A DNA stretch of 64,000 nt, from the NCBI RefSeq assembly GCF_006345805.1, contig NC_042997.1:2666001-2730000 (forward strand), written 5' to 3'. This stretch comes from Octopus sinensis (taxonomy: Eukaryota). Positions 14,317-27,433 of this stretch are shown here, one piece after another (the stretch's first letter is position 1; the number at the start of each line of letters is the position of its first letter). The notes beneath the pieces are model-generated. The model did no database searches, was not told the DNA's origin, and saw nothing but the letters and a program-made list of their open reading frames with translations. A program made the position numbers and the translations under genes.

Positions 14317-14516
14317 TATATATATATATATATATATTTATCATGAAAAATATTTTAGTACTGGTTTCAGTATTTCAGTCATTGCGACAATATGAAAAAC
14401 AATTAAATTGTGGAAAAATTAAATGAAATGTTTTTTTTTGAAATATATTTTCCCAGTTTTCAAATGCAAGGGGAGATTTTCTTTTAACATCTTGCTACTG
14501 TCATGCCACTCCCGCA

Positions 14517-14637
14517 TTCTTCTTCTTCTTCTTCTTCTTCTTCTTCTTCTTCTTCTTCTTCTTCTTCTTCTTCTTCTTCTTCTTCTTCTTCTTCTTCTTC
14601 TTCTTCTTCTTCTTCTTCTTCTTCTTCTTCTTCTTCT
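14517..14637. repeat. (CTT)n microsatellite
   Basis: Pure trinucleotide tract of ~120 bp. Confidence 0.99.
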
Positions 14638-15371
14638 CCGCCTCCTCCTTTCTCTACTACGTCTGCTTCTTAATCAAACACAAGACTTCATATCAAACTA
14701 GCTGCTGCTAACTACCTTATACCCACAAGAGTAAAAAAAGAGCGACAGAGACAGGCAGTAAAAGTGTCATCTCGTATAGTTTGTCGCCACAATACCTTGT
14801 GAATGGATTTGTTAATAGAATTTCAAACAAGCCAACCGTGACTTAGATTTCTGAGACCATGCGTTAGATTTCTACGACGTTTTGTTCGTGGACAGTTCGG
14901 TCTCGGATCTGCTGTGATTTACTTTCATACAGTAAAATTTCAAGGCTGAAGATTGTAGTTGCTATTGCGGGTAAGTAGAAGGGAGAACATGTTTGGTTTG
15001 TGTGTGTGAGCAGCTGCGTGTTTGCACACGTTTCCGTGCGTGGGTGTACGTGTGTGTCTATCCGTGTGGTTGAGTTGGTTCTGTGAGCGAGGATGTATGT
15101 TCATATGTGTGTTTGGTTGAATGTGTGAGTGTTTGAATATGTGAGTTATTTTTTTATTTGAATGTATTCCAGTATGCGTGTACGTCTGTATATCTGCTTG
15201 TGAGTAGACTGTGGCGATTTTTTTTTTACTAGATACGTGTCTCTGCGTATGTCTACACGTATACCTTCATGTGTTAACACACACTACAAGGCAAGCACAC
15301 AATGCATATAGCACGCATACGCCCCGAAATGTGACTGCCACATTAGGTTCGCAACAAATTACATATTTTTT

Positions 15372-15636
15372 TTTACAAGCTTGGTTCTTATTCTGTCGGT
15401 TTCTTATACGGAATCGCTAGTTACGGGGACGTAAACACACCAGCATCTGTTGTCAGTTGATGGTGTCGGGGAGAAACACAGACAAAAAGACACATACGCG
15501 CACGCACATATGCACACACACAAACACACACACACACATGTACATATATACAAAGGGCTTCTTTCAGCCCCCGTCTACCAAATCCACTCACAAGGCTTCG
15601 GTCGACCCGAGATTTTAGTAGAAGGCACTTGCCTAA
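15372..15636 (-). mobile_element. SINE family B, partial
   Basis: Central blocks gggcttctttcag..tctaccaaatccactcacaagg and gtaaacacaccagcatc. Confidence 0.8.
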
Positions 15637-16469
15637 GTTTCCATATATATGTATATATGATGATATTCTGATAGATTGACAGACAGACAAACATGAAGAC
15701 AGAGAGGCAGACAGACGATGCAACCACATAGATAAATAGATGCATTGATAGAGAGACAATTAGATAGGTAGATAAATAAATATATAGAGAGATACCTAGT
15801 TACCTTTGGTTGCTTACTACGTGAGAGAAACACTCTTAACTTGATAATACATTGTTGTGTAAAGTGAAATTAATTTAGTGCTTCTGTGTGCTTATTTTAA
15901 AGCGAAATAAGCATTTACCATTTTCCATATCAGTTACGAAATGCTCGTCAATGAAATATTGAATTTGCCACGAATGCCCACGAACATTAGAAATATGTCA
16001 GTTTATTAGATCTTCATGCTGCCTACAGAAATTTAGAACTAATAGGTTGGGTTAAAAACTCGTAACTACCAAACAGTTTACATCATCGGATCTAAACGGA
16101 ATTGAAGTCCGTCCAGAAACGTACTTAAGGATCTTTTCTATTCTGAAGCCAGGACCACAGATCTTTCTACTTAACTAAATAATCTGAAACTTCGTATGCT
16201 GATAGAGTCTAGCAAAACAAGACACAGGTTGGAACTAGTTTATTTTAGAAAAATCTATTTTATGACTTTAATCGTAGATTAAAACTGCGAATTTTAACCA
16301 ATCAGATTGTTTGTTTTCATGTGTAAAACTTGACTGCATTCTATTAGTGTGACGTAGAAAGCGCTTTTGTGACGTACTAACGTTCAGAAAACTGTAAACA
16401 AACACGGCAGACAAAATACGGCTACGCATTTCGCCCGGCGTGCTAACGTTTCTGCCAGCTCTTTGCTTT

Positions 16470-17530
16470 TTTTATATTAAATTTCGGCGAAGTTTCGCTT
16501 GTCGTAGCACAAGTTTTCCGTCGATTTCCGTAAAAAACTTTTATTTTTTTACATAAGTAATGAGAGCGAAAGAGACTAAGAGGAAGCGATTTTATGACGA
16601 GGGAAGTTTGTCTTTGAAGTTACCGTCTAGGGCAGGGGTGGGCAAACTTTTTTGATCGCGGGCCGCACAGTGCGTCTTTGGAACCTTGGCGGGCCTCATT
16701 TATAAAAATCAAGTGAAAATATTGTGAATTACCGTACACTTACGAAGTATCTGCATAGAAGTTGGGATTCATAAAAGCTCTCGGCGGGCCGCATGAAAAC
16801 CTATGGCGGGCCGCATGCGGCCCGCGGGCCGTAGTTTGCCCACCCCTGGTCTAGGGGAAGCATTGATGTACATGTGTGTGTGTGTGTGTGTGTGTTTGAT
16901 GGGGTGTGGGAGACAGTATGTTGTGTAAGTGAAGTGCTTCTGTTAGTGTGTGTGAAGAGACAGAGAGAGTAATGTGTGAAAGAGAGAGATAACTGAAATT
17001 TTTTACTCGGTGTATGTGTATATGTATGTCTGCATGTATGTGTGTGTGTGTATGTATCTATGTATGTATGGCCAATTCATCGTAATTACGATTACGATGA
17101 ATCGGCTATACATACATACACACACACATACATACACACACACACATACTTACACATACATACACACACATACATGCAGACATACAGAATGGAAACATTT
17201 TCAATTTAATACATGTGGCTTATTAACTAGTTTTAAATATTGTTATTAGAAGGTGGCTGACTTGTTTACATTTAAGATGTTAAATACGTCACGAAATTGG
17301 TGGTCGAGACGGAGTAAATAAAATAAAGCCTAATGACGGAATATCATTGGTTAAAATTCTAATTATTAAACAACGTTAAACTTAGAAGTTACAATTCCGT
17401 TTTCATTCTGGTTTACAATTAAGTTTACTTTTGACACATTCTACCAGTATACGAAGTTTCAAATTGTTTGGTTCAGTAGGAAAAATTTGAAAAAACTGGC
17501 CACAAAATAGAAAAGATCCCGTACTTAATC
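16470..17530. mobile_element. Decayed copy of the repeat at 49.0-49.8 kb (host of the hAT MITE)
   Basis: Shared blocks such as gaaagagac..gcgatt.tatga, gttagtgtgtgtgaagag.cagaga and gagagagataactgaaattttt. Ends not resolved. Confidence 0.4.
16633..16848. mobile_element. Non-autonomous hAT (Buster/Charlie-like) MITE, 216 bp
   Basis: Perfect 15-bp TIR CAGGGGTGGGCAAAC, exact 8-bp TSD GTCTAGGG with central TA, and internal GCGGGCCGC repeats. Confidence 0.95.
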
Positions 17531-17608
17531 ACATAATACATACATAAATAAATGCGCGATTAAACATATACGACCATATGTATATATATATATATATTAT
17601 ATATATAT

Positions 17609-17650
<42 letters not shown>

Positions 17651-17657
<7 letters not shown>

Positions 17658-17930
17658 ATCACGTGACCGACTAGTCCATCAGATGTAGTTACACATCGCT
17701 GGTCACAATGCGTTCGCATTGTTTTAGCCTTCGAATGACGCCACCCCGCTGGCTAAGAGAGAAGGCCAACAGAAGAAACAGTGGGAGAAAGAGTGGTGAA
17801 AGAGTACAGCAGGGATCACCACCCCCTGCCGGAGCCTCGTGGACCTTTTAGGTGTTTTCGCTCAATAAACACTCACAACGTCCGGTCTGGGAATCGAAAC
17901 CGCGAGTCCACTACCCTAACCATTGGGCCA
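17651..17930 (-). mobile_element. SINE family C, between two TA tracts
   Basis: Minus-strand tRNA-like head ggcccaatggttaggg..gtttcgattcccagacc and tail ..cacgtgatcacgtga. Confidence 0.72.
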
Positions 17931-18979
17931 TATATATATATATATATATATATACGTGTGTGTGTGTGTGTGTGTGTGTACGCTTATTCACATTTATCAC
18001 TCATGCACATATATACACACACATATTCCAACACATACACATACAGAAACACACACATATATAAATATGTATGTATATACCAAAATTTGCTTAAATATTG
18101 ATAGAAAGCAATATGGATAGTACGTCAAAAAATTACATTGATTCGTATGGTTACGTCACCTGAGTTCAACGCTTGCCCGTTCACCTATGCTGTTCATATT
18201 TCCAAGGTCGGGAAAATATGTATAAATCAATAAAATAAATAGTAACTGGCTCTATCTAATTTAATAATCTGTCGATATTAGGTCTGAAGTTGGACACTCT
18301 CCAAAGACTAAAAGTAGTTGGAAAATAAAATCCACCTCTTTCCTTCATTGTTTAGAAACGTTTCGGTCCCTCAAGCTACCCGCCATGTTTGTTCATTGCA
18401 ATATTTCTGTCTCTTCTCTGTAACCTCTTACATCTTACTCCCTCTGTTACTCTCCAACATACACGTATCCACGCACACATACAACACCCTCTGGGTATAT
18501 AAATAAATAAATATATAATATATATATCGATATATTTATGTGTGTGTATTATGGTATGTAAACATATGTATATGTATAATTAAATATACAATTATGGTAT
18601 ACGTATACATTTTCATATACAATCATGGTACCTCATATATATTTATATTACTACATAAGTAAAAGTTTATTATGCATAGATATGCATACAGCCTGCAGAC
18701 GAGATCCAGTGTTTTTCAGTATACAACACACTTAGAAGTGCTCAAAATATTAAAATTTAAACTCCGACGTCTTTACAATGCATCAATTCAACGGAATAAA
18801 TATTGGCTATAAGAGGGATTAAGTTGAGCGGTTATAGAGACAATTAGGTGGATAAACAAATTATATATAGTAAGTATAACAATTCGAGTATGAAATTAAA
18901 AATATTTGTATATGTATACATGCAAAACGAGAGAAAGCAAAAATTAGAGATATTTAGAAGAATGATATTTAAGCATAAA

Positions 18980-19373
18980 TCTCTATATATAAAGCCGGAG
19001 TTGTCTGTGTATAGCAGGTTTGGTAGCCTTCAACTAACACTATTTCCTCCGAGACACTGGGGCGCAAGTTGACCAAAATTGAAAGTATGATAGAAGAAGG
19101 CTTGCTTGCTTTTTCTTCCGTAGAAGAAGAAATTCAAATCGTCCCATGTTGACACCAAAAATTATTTACTTCAAGAAGGTGCTTTTTTTCTATGAAAATC
19201 CCGATTTTTGACGATTTTTTGACTACTGTGTCGCCAACTTTTGATGTATTTCAACCAGAAAAATGTTCACTTAAAGAGAATAACAAGCGACATAATGCAA
19301 ATTTTTTACTTTTCAAAAACTCCAATTCTAAAGGGTCGAAACAAACCCGAGTAACGCTGGGCGATACTGCTAG
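18980..19373 (+). mobile_element. Non-autonomous Helitron-type element
   Basis: The 5' end reads A|TCTCTATATATAAA. The 3' end has an imperfect GC hairpin CCCGAGTAACGCTGGG followed by CTAG|T. Confidence 0.7.
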
Positions 19374-19952
19374 TATATAGATATTTATATTAATAGGTCA
19401 AACTTACACAGAAAACAAACGAGACTTTCGTTCCCTCCATTAATTGCTCTTCGTTTTCTCACTATCTCAATCTCCAAGAATTCCATAACTAATATACCTA
19501 ACTTTTGACACCTATAGACAAAGCCAACACAACTGACTTCCATTCCATTACTATCTATATTACGCCCCCACTCGGGTTTCTCTGCGCCACCTCATTTACC
19601 ACCTCCCTTAATATCCTTATTATTAACTTCCAAGCTCTTCTTGAACTAACTTTCCTCGATCCTCTCCTATTCCCTATCTTAACACTCCTCATAACCCCAC
19701 TAAACCTCCTTCTTCCCCCCTCTAATATGACTTGCTCTCCACATTTAATCGTTCCATCTTAGAATTTTCTTTGCACTGAGATATGAAATGTAAGATCTTT
19801 TCTCTCCCGATGATAGTGACTCGACGATTGATTTTATCTGGCCGCATCTTGTGAAGAACTACATCTACCAAAATTATGATGGTTCTCCGAGACCCCGGAA
19901 ACAGCTGTTTGACTTATAACAACTTTTCCCACCCTTTTAATTTTAGTAATGA

Positions 19953-20805
19953 CTAGCTTAAGGTGACCCGCTCTACGCGTAGGTGAGGGTGTGGTTGTTA
20001 CTTTCTGTTGCTTCCTTTCTGTTTCTTATCGCCACATTCTCCCTCTTTGTTTCTCTCTCTTTTCTTTCTCACTTTCCCACTCTCTTACTCTTCCTTTTCT
20101 CTCGGACTCTCACTCACTTTCTCTTACTCTCTATATTTCTCTATATCTCTCTCTCTCTCATTTATAACCAAAAGATCTTGAGTAAATTGAGAAAAGAAAT
20201 ATTTTGAAAGATCAATCATAAATATCAGGCAGTGACAACGGAAAGCATTCTTGTCTTTTGTACGTGCCAGTATTTGAGCGATTAAAAATAAGGAAGAAAA
20301 GGATTTCTTTGTTAAATTTAGTATTTATGTTGGGAATTTTTCGACGATTGACCATGCAAATGAAAGTTCTAAACACGGGCTACATGCAGCAGTAAATTTC
20401 TTTCAGAAAAGATGAAAACTGTTAACAATAAAAAATATAAAAGGCAAAAATACGTAAAAATGAGAAATGTTTTCAACTTCAAAAATCTTGCCTTAATTTT
20501 CAAAATTTCGAACCTATTTTCTGCGCCTAAATTACAAATCCGCTTCCACTTTACCATGTTGAAAATTTGATTGAAATCAGGCAAAAGGTTCCAATCTAGA
20601 CCCCCAAGTGTCCCCTAAAATCAATAAAATCCCCATTTCACACCAAAGCAACCACTGTAGCGCCCCAAAACGTCTCCCAATCTATTTCTCACCTTAAGGT
20701 ACCAAATTCTGTAAATTTTAATCCCCTTCCAGCCTCTTTTAGACCCCATTTTACATAAAAATCCAATTTGTATCAACGTTCGCCTTCTTCATTTTATATA
20801 TTAGA
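19953..20805 (-). mobile_element. Non-autonomous Helitron-type element
   Basis: Minus strand 5' A|TCTAATATATAAAA. The 3' end is a GC-rich CCTACGCGTAGAGCGGG followed by CTAG|T. Confidence 0.65.
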
Positions 20806-20944
20806 TTAATTTTTTTTCCGTATGGTATTACATTTGCGGAGCTGTTTATATTTTATATTTAGCATTTCGCTCATTTTTAATGGTAAAATATGTATACTGG
20901 CAGACGGATACGGATCTAGCAAAATTATCCACCATCTGTGTAAT

Positions 20945-20992
20945 CACTACTGATGATGCTTACAAAATAGGCGAAAATGTTATAGTATAGTG
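20945..20992 (+). ncRNA. Slightly decayed type I hammerhead motif
   Basis: CACTA-CTGATGA-t-GCTT acaaaat AGGC-GAAA-aTG tta TAGT-A-TAGTG. Stem I is a perfect 5 bp; the usual C after GAAA is A here. Confidence 0.5.
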
Positions 20993-21516
20993 AATCTAAT
21001 GACGGTCATAGGTCGATTACCTCCACTGTCAATGTATATATATATTGTTCTTCTTCTTACAGCATTCATTGTTTTAATTCTTATTTCTAGCAATATAGGT
21101 GCATCCGTACCCTCAGTCACGCTATGTGTATATGTATACATATACCGTTACCCTCATCAAACATTTTGAGAAACATTTAGAATGTTTTCTCTACGTCTGT
21201 CTCGAGTTTTATCTCTTCAGCATTTCTGTATAGTTAGAAGAAAAAGAAAAAAAAGAAGAAATAAATCATATTAAATTGAATTTAGCTTCATGATTAATGT
21301 TCTGCTGACCAGACTAAAAGAATGTCGATATAGTGTCATCCACGGCAACCAGTCTCTTTAAAGATATTATTTCACGAAAATAAAAAGAATATATACACGT
21401 ACTATATATATGATGTTGACTATTTTGATATACATTTCTGAACATAAGACAAAGTAATTCAATTTCCCTAAGTAGCAGTCTTCGCTCCGACTCAAGCACG
21501 CAAGTTTACCAGTGTG

Positions 21517-21587
<71 letters not shown>

Positions 21588-21589
21588 AT

Positions 21590-22000
21590 TAATATACGTA
21601 CTTACACATTGTACTTACACCTTAGATCCTCCATGGCGTCTGATGTGGTTCTTTAAACCAGGCAACATATTGAAAACACTCTCACATAGATTCAATATCT
21701 GATTTGAACCATCAAGAGCTGCAGCTTAGTTTTGATCTTTGTGAAACGTAAGATGATTTTTGAGGCCTCCTTTAGAATTGCATACCTTATGGCACACACG
21801 GTATTGAATGTTATGCACAGATATATAAGCAGAATGGTTGGTGGATTTTCGATTTTCCTGGGTCATCAAATGTGATTTGAGCCCAGTAAAAGAAAGGCAT
21901 GATGTGTCACAATCTATGCACACATAAATTTCATCTCTCCTGCCACCTTTCTTAATACCCTGCATAGGAGTGTTTGAGCTCACTTTCAATTTAAATAATG
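21590..22000 (-). mobile_element. Second copy of the RTE 3' end with three C2H2 fingers
   Basis: CIDCDTSCLSFTGLKSHLMTQ, VCHKVCNSKGGLKNHLTFH and NLCESVFNMLPGLKNHIRRH, collinear with 38618..38880. Confidence 0.68.
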
Positions 22001-22043
22001 TTTGATTGTTTGGTTGAGATGGAATTCTTCGATATATATATAT

Positions 22044-22077
<34 letters not shown>

Positions 22078-22095
22078 ATATATATATATATATAA

Positions 22096-22251
22096 AATGG
22101 TTGTATACTGTCAATCTAACATGACCGTGACAGTAGGGGAGTACACCACCGCTGTATAGCCCTAGGAAGCGTCGATGATTCCTAGGGCTATACAGCGGTG
22201 GTGTATCCCCCTACTGTCACGTTCGTGTTAGATTGACAGTATACAACCATT
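22096..22251. repeat. Near-perfect palindrome (73-bp arms, 10-nt loop) flanked by TA tracts
   Basis: Arms 22096..22168 and 22179..22251 differ at 4 positions. The right arm continues as a ~55-bp unique tail to a short (TA)n at ~22308. Confidence 0.92.
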
Positions 22252-25021
22252 CTATCGCCCCACCACCGTACATGTCTCTACGAGAGATTTAGAAATTTAA
22301 TATTTCTTATATATATATATAAGAAAAAAAACCAGGGCTGTAAACTATGCAAAGAAATACCCTTAAGAGTACTATAGATTTGCAAAAGTGTCTACGTCAG
22401 CACGATGAATGAGAGGTGCACTGCTCACTGACTGCAGACTCCCAGAGGATAAATGAGATACTGTATGTACTGTACAAAAGAGTTTTTACAACTCCGTTCG
22501 ATCACTGGCAATTAGGTACGTTTGCTTGTTTGCCTTGCAGCGTGCGTTTACACATGGAGGCACATATGCAAGGCATACGCAGAGACCTATTCTTGTCAAA
22601 AACGCACCAAAAACAGATATGCAGAGTCACATACATACTGGAATACGCTGAAATAAACACTCACTCACACATTCAGACACTTACGCATACTAACATACAC
22701 CTTCACTCACAGAACCGACTCAACCACACGGATACGCACGTACACACACGCACACAAATGTGCTCTTAAAGACAAATATACTCACAAGGTCTTGTTAGGC
22801 AAAAAACAATATATATATACAGGATGATACTTGTCCAAAATGACACGTAGTTCGCTGAATTCAGAACCAAGAGGTTGGGAGAAGCAAACATCTCACCACA
22901 AAACTACGTCTGAGACTATACACATAAGCTATGCTTGCGACTAGGACAATCGATTCACACACACACGCACATATTTCATACTCATGGCGGTATACCATAT
23001 TTTAATGATATTTCCTATATTAAATGCAATAGAAGACCCAATACACGTTCGACTTCACGTAATTGACTGTTAATCTCTGCCAATCAATTTAAGATGAAAT
23101 ATGTAGGATGAAACATATTGCTGTCAAGTCAGAAGACTTTAGCTGTCATATTGCTATCTCTTCAACGCTTAAATATGTTAAATATAGGTAGGTTTATACA
23201 AGATGTACAAAATTAACCTTTCAGTAATCAAGCTAGGCTCGCTGCAGTTCGGTCCATCTGTTTCATGAATTGAACTGAGATATGTGAATAGTATAGCAAA
23301 ATATTGTGTGTTAGTTTAATTCTCTTTAAAATCAGAATTCTCTTTAAAATCAGATCATCTAGAAGAAATTAGTCTTTAGACATCACTACTATGCAGTACG
23401 TGGTAGAGATTTTCTCAAATATTTTTCTTATTTACTAATAATTCTTTCAATCAAAATACTTTTCGTTTAATTACGAAGTATTATATAAGGCGATGAAGAA
23501 ACAATAAATGACAGGAGCTACAATGAGCACATACATGTTTAATAGCAAAGGATTTAATACTTTTTTTTTTTTACAAAATATACATTTAACTGTCGCATTC
23601 ATCCATGCGGATGAATAACATTGACAGGTAATTTCTAACCAATATACAAACATTTTCTTTCTAAATTATAGTTTTCTTTCAGAAGTAAGAAAGCAGTGAG
23701 CTAATAGCAAATCAGATACGAATATGGGAGTGGATGCTGAAGTTCTCATTAAGTCATGTTTTGTTAACGCTCATACTAAGTTCCGTACACACATTCTGAA
23801 ATGTACACGTTGTTCTTGTGTGTTTGTGTACGCATGCGTATATGTGTGAGAGCGCACGCATGTCTTTGGCAAGTATTGATCCATTTGTCATTTGGTTTGA
23901 AATCAGTTGAGATTAGTATATGTTTTTAATTATTGAACAGTTAAATTTTATTTTGTACATAGCCTGTACTAGATTGAAAAAAAAGAAAGAATGTAATAAA
24001 AATACTATGAAAATATAAGATATTTAATATTAGCATCCAACTTATTAAAATTCAAATTTCTTCCATCTAAATTTAAATGAATAACACATTCAAGAAACAG
24101 ATCTATTAATCATTTTGCTCGGAATTTACGTCTTAAGGAATTAACAAATAATAATGAATTTTTTATTTCCCATCAGAAATGCATTTCATTATTATAGCAT
24201 GTATTATATGCTACATATTACTAAGTATCTTATTGTATTCCTCGAAGTCTTGTCCACATAGTTGCGCATTTGACTTAATAATCTAAAGCAACATTACATT
24301 TAAACAGAAAAAACAACTAGAGCAAATTCCTGCCATATACACACAACTATGTTCTATATAAATGCACATACATGTAAACGCCTATATATATACAAGCAAG
24401 CACACCTACATATACACATATATTCACTATTACTGACCGAAGTTCTTTAATTCCAGATGGCAATCACTATATATTGCTTAAAACAAATATCGTGTGCGAG
24501 CGAGAGATCAGCTGGCTTTCAAACATATATCTGATTTTAGTGTGGCGTTCTGAACTAATTCTGCTTCCATCGCTGATACCAAATATTTATTCAGCCTGCC
24601 GGCTAAAAGTGGCTATTGTTTCTTCTCGATCATAGTTCATCTACATCTGTAGGCGCTAATTTTCACTTAGCGAGCGGCATACTTAATAGTGGCGAAGCTC
24701 TAAAATGTTTCCATTCGAGTACTAGGATAAGCCACAGTGAGGATAAAATCTTAGCTTCAAAAATAAACTCGTGCATATGGCCTACACCAGTTTCAACACG
24801 ATGTAAATCAGCATGGTTTATAGAAGTTCTAGCATTGTTATATTAACAATATGTTAAGAATGAATCTCCTGATCATATCACACAAAACTGAGCTCGATGT
24901 ATACAATAGTGCAGACAATATCATCTACTTTAATAATAAGAGAAGCGTAATGAAGAACATTGCTAGCAGTAACAAAAATGAATGTAAGAAAGATCGTTAA
25001 TGTTAAAATGATGTTAAGGTA

Positions 25022-25230
25022 TCCAGCTGGCAGAATCGTTATCATGCTGGGTAAGTGCTTTGCGACATTTCATCCGTCCTTCTGGTCTGTATTCAAGTTT
25101 CGCCCAGGGTGAAGCTGACTTTCATTCTTCAGGGATCCATGGAATAAGTACCAATGTGTTCACTGTGGTCGACATAATCGACAAACCCACTCACTCGAAA
25201 TTTCTACCCTTGTTCCAAAATTTGAAACCA
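25022..25230 (+). mobile_element. SINE family A (a second decayed copy follows to ~25445)
   Basis: agctggcagaatcgtta..aataagtacca..gtcgacataatcgac..ccaaaatttgaaacc. Confidence 0.7.
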
Positions 25231-25614
25231 ACGTTTAAACAAGGTGAGGCGATGAATGACAGAATCGTTACAGCACCGGAAACAATGCATAAACGCTAGC
25301 GACATTTCTTCCAACTGTCGCGGTTGATGTTTGCCAATCATCTTTTCGAAGTAGATAGAATAATTGGCTGCTAATAAGTGAGGTTCAGGTTATTGACTTA
25401 TCTCTTCATTTGAAATCAATGACTTCCTGCCAAAATTTGAAACAAGTATTTAAATAAGTTCACTTCTGCTGTTTTCTGAATTTTACAATAAAGAGGTAGA
25501 TAATTTACTTATACTGGGGAAACATAATTCCAGATTTAAATTGTGCTATATAAAGTATACCAGTCACTTATATTTGATATATCAGGGGGCAAGCAAGCAC
25601 GCGCATACATGTAC

Positions 25615-25668
<54 letters not shown>

Positions 25669-25680
25669 ATATATATATAT

Positions 25681-26073
25681 AACCACATGATTCCGGGTTC
25701 AGTCCCACTGCGTGGCAACTTGGGCAAGTGTCTTCTACTATAGCATCGGGCCGAGCAAAGCCTTGTGAGTGGATTTGGTAGACGGAAACTGGAAGAAGCC
25801 CGTCGTATAAATGTATATATATATATATTTATGTGTGTGTGTGTGCGTGTGTGTATGTGTTTGTATGTCTGTGTTTGTCCCCCCAACATCGCTTGACAAC
25901 CGATGCTAGTGTGTTTACGTCTCCGTAACTTAGCGGTTCGGCAAAAGACACCTACAGAATAAGTACTAGGCTTACACAGAATAAGTCCTGGGATCAATTT
26001 GTTCGACTAAAGGCGGTGCTCCAGCATGGCCGCAGTCAAATGACAGAAACAAGTAAAAGAAAGTAAAAGAGAG
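25681..26073 (+). mobile_element. SINE family B (5' edge lost in a TA tract)
   Basis: aaccacatgattccgggttcagtccc through to the tail ccagcatggccgcagtcaaatgacagaaacaagtaaaag. Confidence 0.9.
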
Positions 26074-26249
26074 GGTATATATTAACTTTAGGGGTATCAA
26101 AAGAGCTCCAATTTCATTACGTCGGCTACCGCTTATTGATACTGAGGATTAATTCGAACGATACCGACTCTGGGGTGAAAATTGTTTGATCTTTGGAAAC
26201 GTACGAAGCGATAAATTAAATATTTATAAATTCCATCTTGTTATTATTG

Positions 26250-26313
<64 letters not shown>

Positions 26314-26317
26314 ATAT

Positions 26318-26617
26318 CACCCCTTCGGTGAATGAGCATGGGATTGCAGCTGGAATATTGCCCTCCGAGGCACAAGTACGGGCAACGTTGTATATGGAAG
26401 ACCGTCAGTCGGCCATGCATACCAGCGTCCTCTCTCCACGCCACTGATGTCATCCAAGAGAAAGGCAAATGCCGATACAGCTTGGCACCAGTGACGTCGC
26501 AACGTGAAATAGAGTATCTTGCTCAAGAACACAACACGCAGCCCAGTCCGGGATTCGAACTCCCAAACTCAACGTCGTAAGTTCGACACTCTAACCACTG
26601 AGCCATTTGCCTTCACA
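26318..26617 (-). mobile_element. SINE family D, between two TA tracts
   Basis: A-box TGGCTCAGTGGTTAG, B-box GTTCGAATCCC, then gtgttcttgagcaag. The tail is homologous to 61.8-61.96 kb. Confidence 0.8.
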
Positions 26618-26622
26618 ATATA

Positions 26623-26697
<75 letters not shown>

Positions 26698-27329
26698 GCA
26701 ATATATGTCTGTGTGCCTCTACGTGATAAGGAATTGAGCTTCTCTTTTTAAATCGTATTTCTGAGTTTTACGTCAGTGATTACCTAACCTGCTGAATTAA
26801 GAAGGTCTCTGATATTATAGAAGGAAAGATATCTGCAAATCTATCAAATATAAGGCACTAGATTGATGAGAATTTGCTATGAAAATACATAGTAATGAAT
26901 ACATCATACCTTCTTCTACATCATACTTTCTCTCATGTGCTGGACATGTGATTACATCATTCAATCATGTGCAAAAATTCGCAATATTTTCATAACTTTT
27001 AGTGTTATATGTATATAATACACGAGGTCAGACAAAGCCGGTTTATCAATGACGCATTATTGTTCATGTATAAACACATGTTTACATTCCCTTATACCTG
27101 GAAGATAATCTATTGAACATCTATTGAACATCTTCCAAAAATGATATAGGAAATAAACAATTTCAGACAGGTGGAAGCTGGAAACTAACCAAACAGCACG
27201 CAGTTTCTTCAAAAATCCACAAAATATAATTTCGAGTTCATATCTTCACATTTCATAAAATATTGAATTTCTCACATAGATAAATGCCGCACGTACTGGA
27301 ATAAGCCTTGCTGAACTGTGCGAATAAGC

Positions 27330-27433
<104 letters not shown>

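Noticed and set aside
14423-14701. Poly-Leu ORF (also poly-Ile/Arg/Glu at 50949..51332 and poly-Lys at 54566..54919)
   Set aside because: Trinucleotide microsatellites with no flanking coding signal.
21185-21225. Hammerhead-like CTGAAGA..GAGAC on the minus strand (similar look-alikes near 44894 and 60030)
   Set aside because: The second core is mutated and stem I does not pair; consistent with chance.
24616-24846. Moderately GC-rich ORF as a host exon
   Set aside because: No recognisable domain in either strand, and no good splice-site pair.
26540-26617. tRNA gene (also the heads at 5005, 17930 and 49025)
   Set aside because: A- and B-boxes are present, but I could not fold a full cloverleaf, and each continues into a SINE body.
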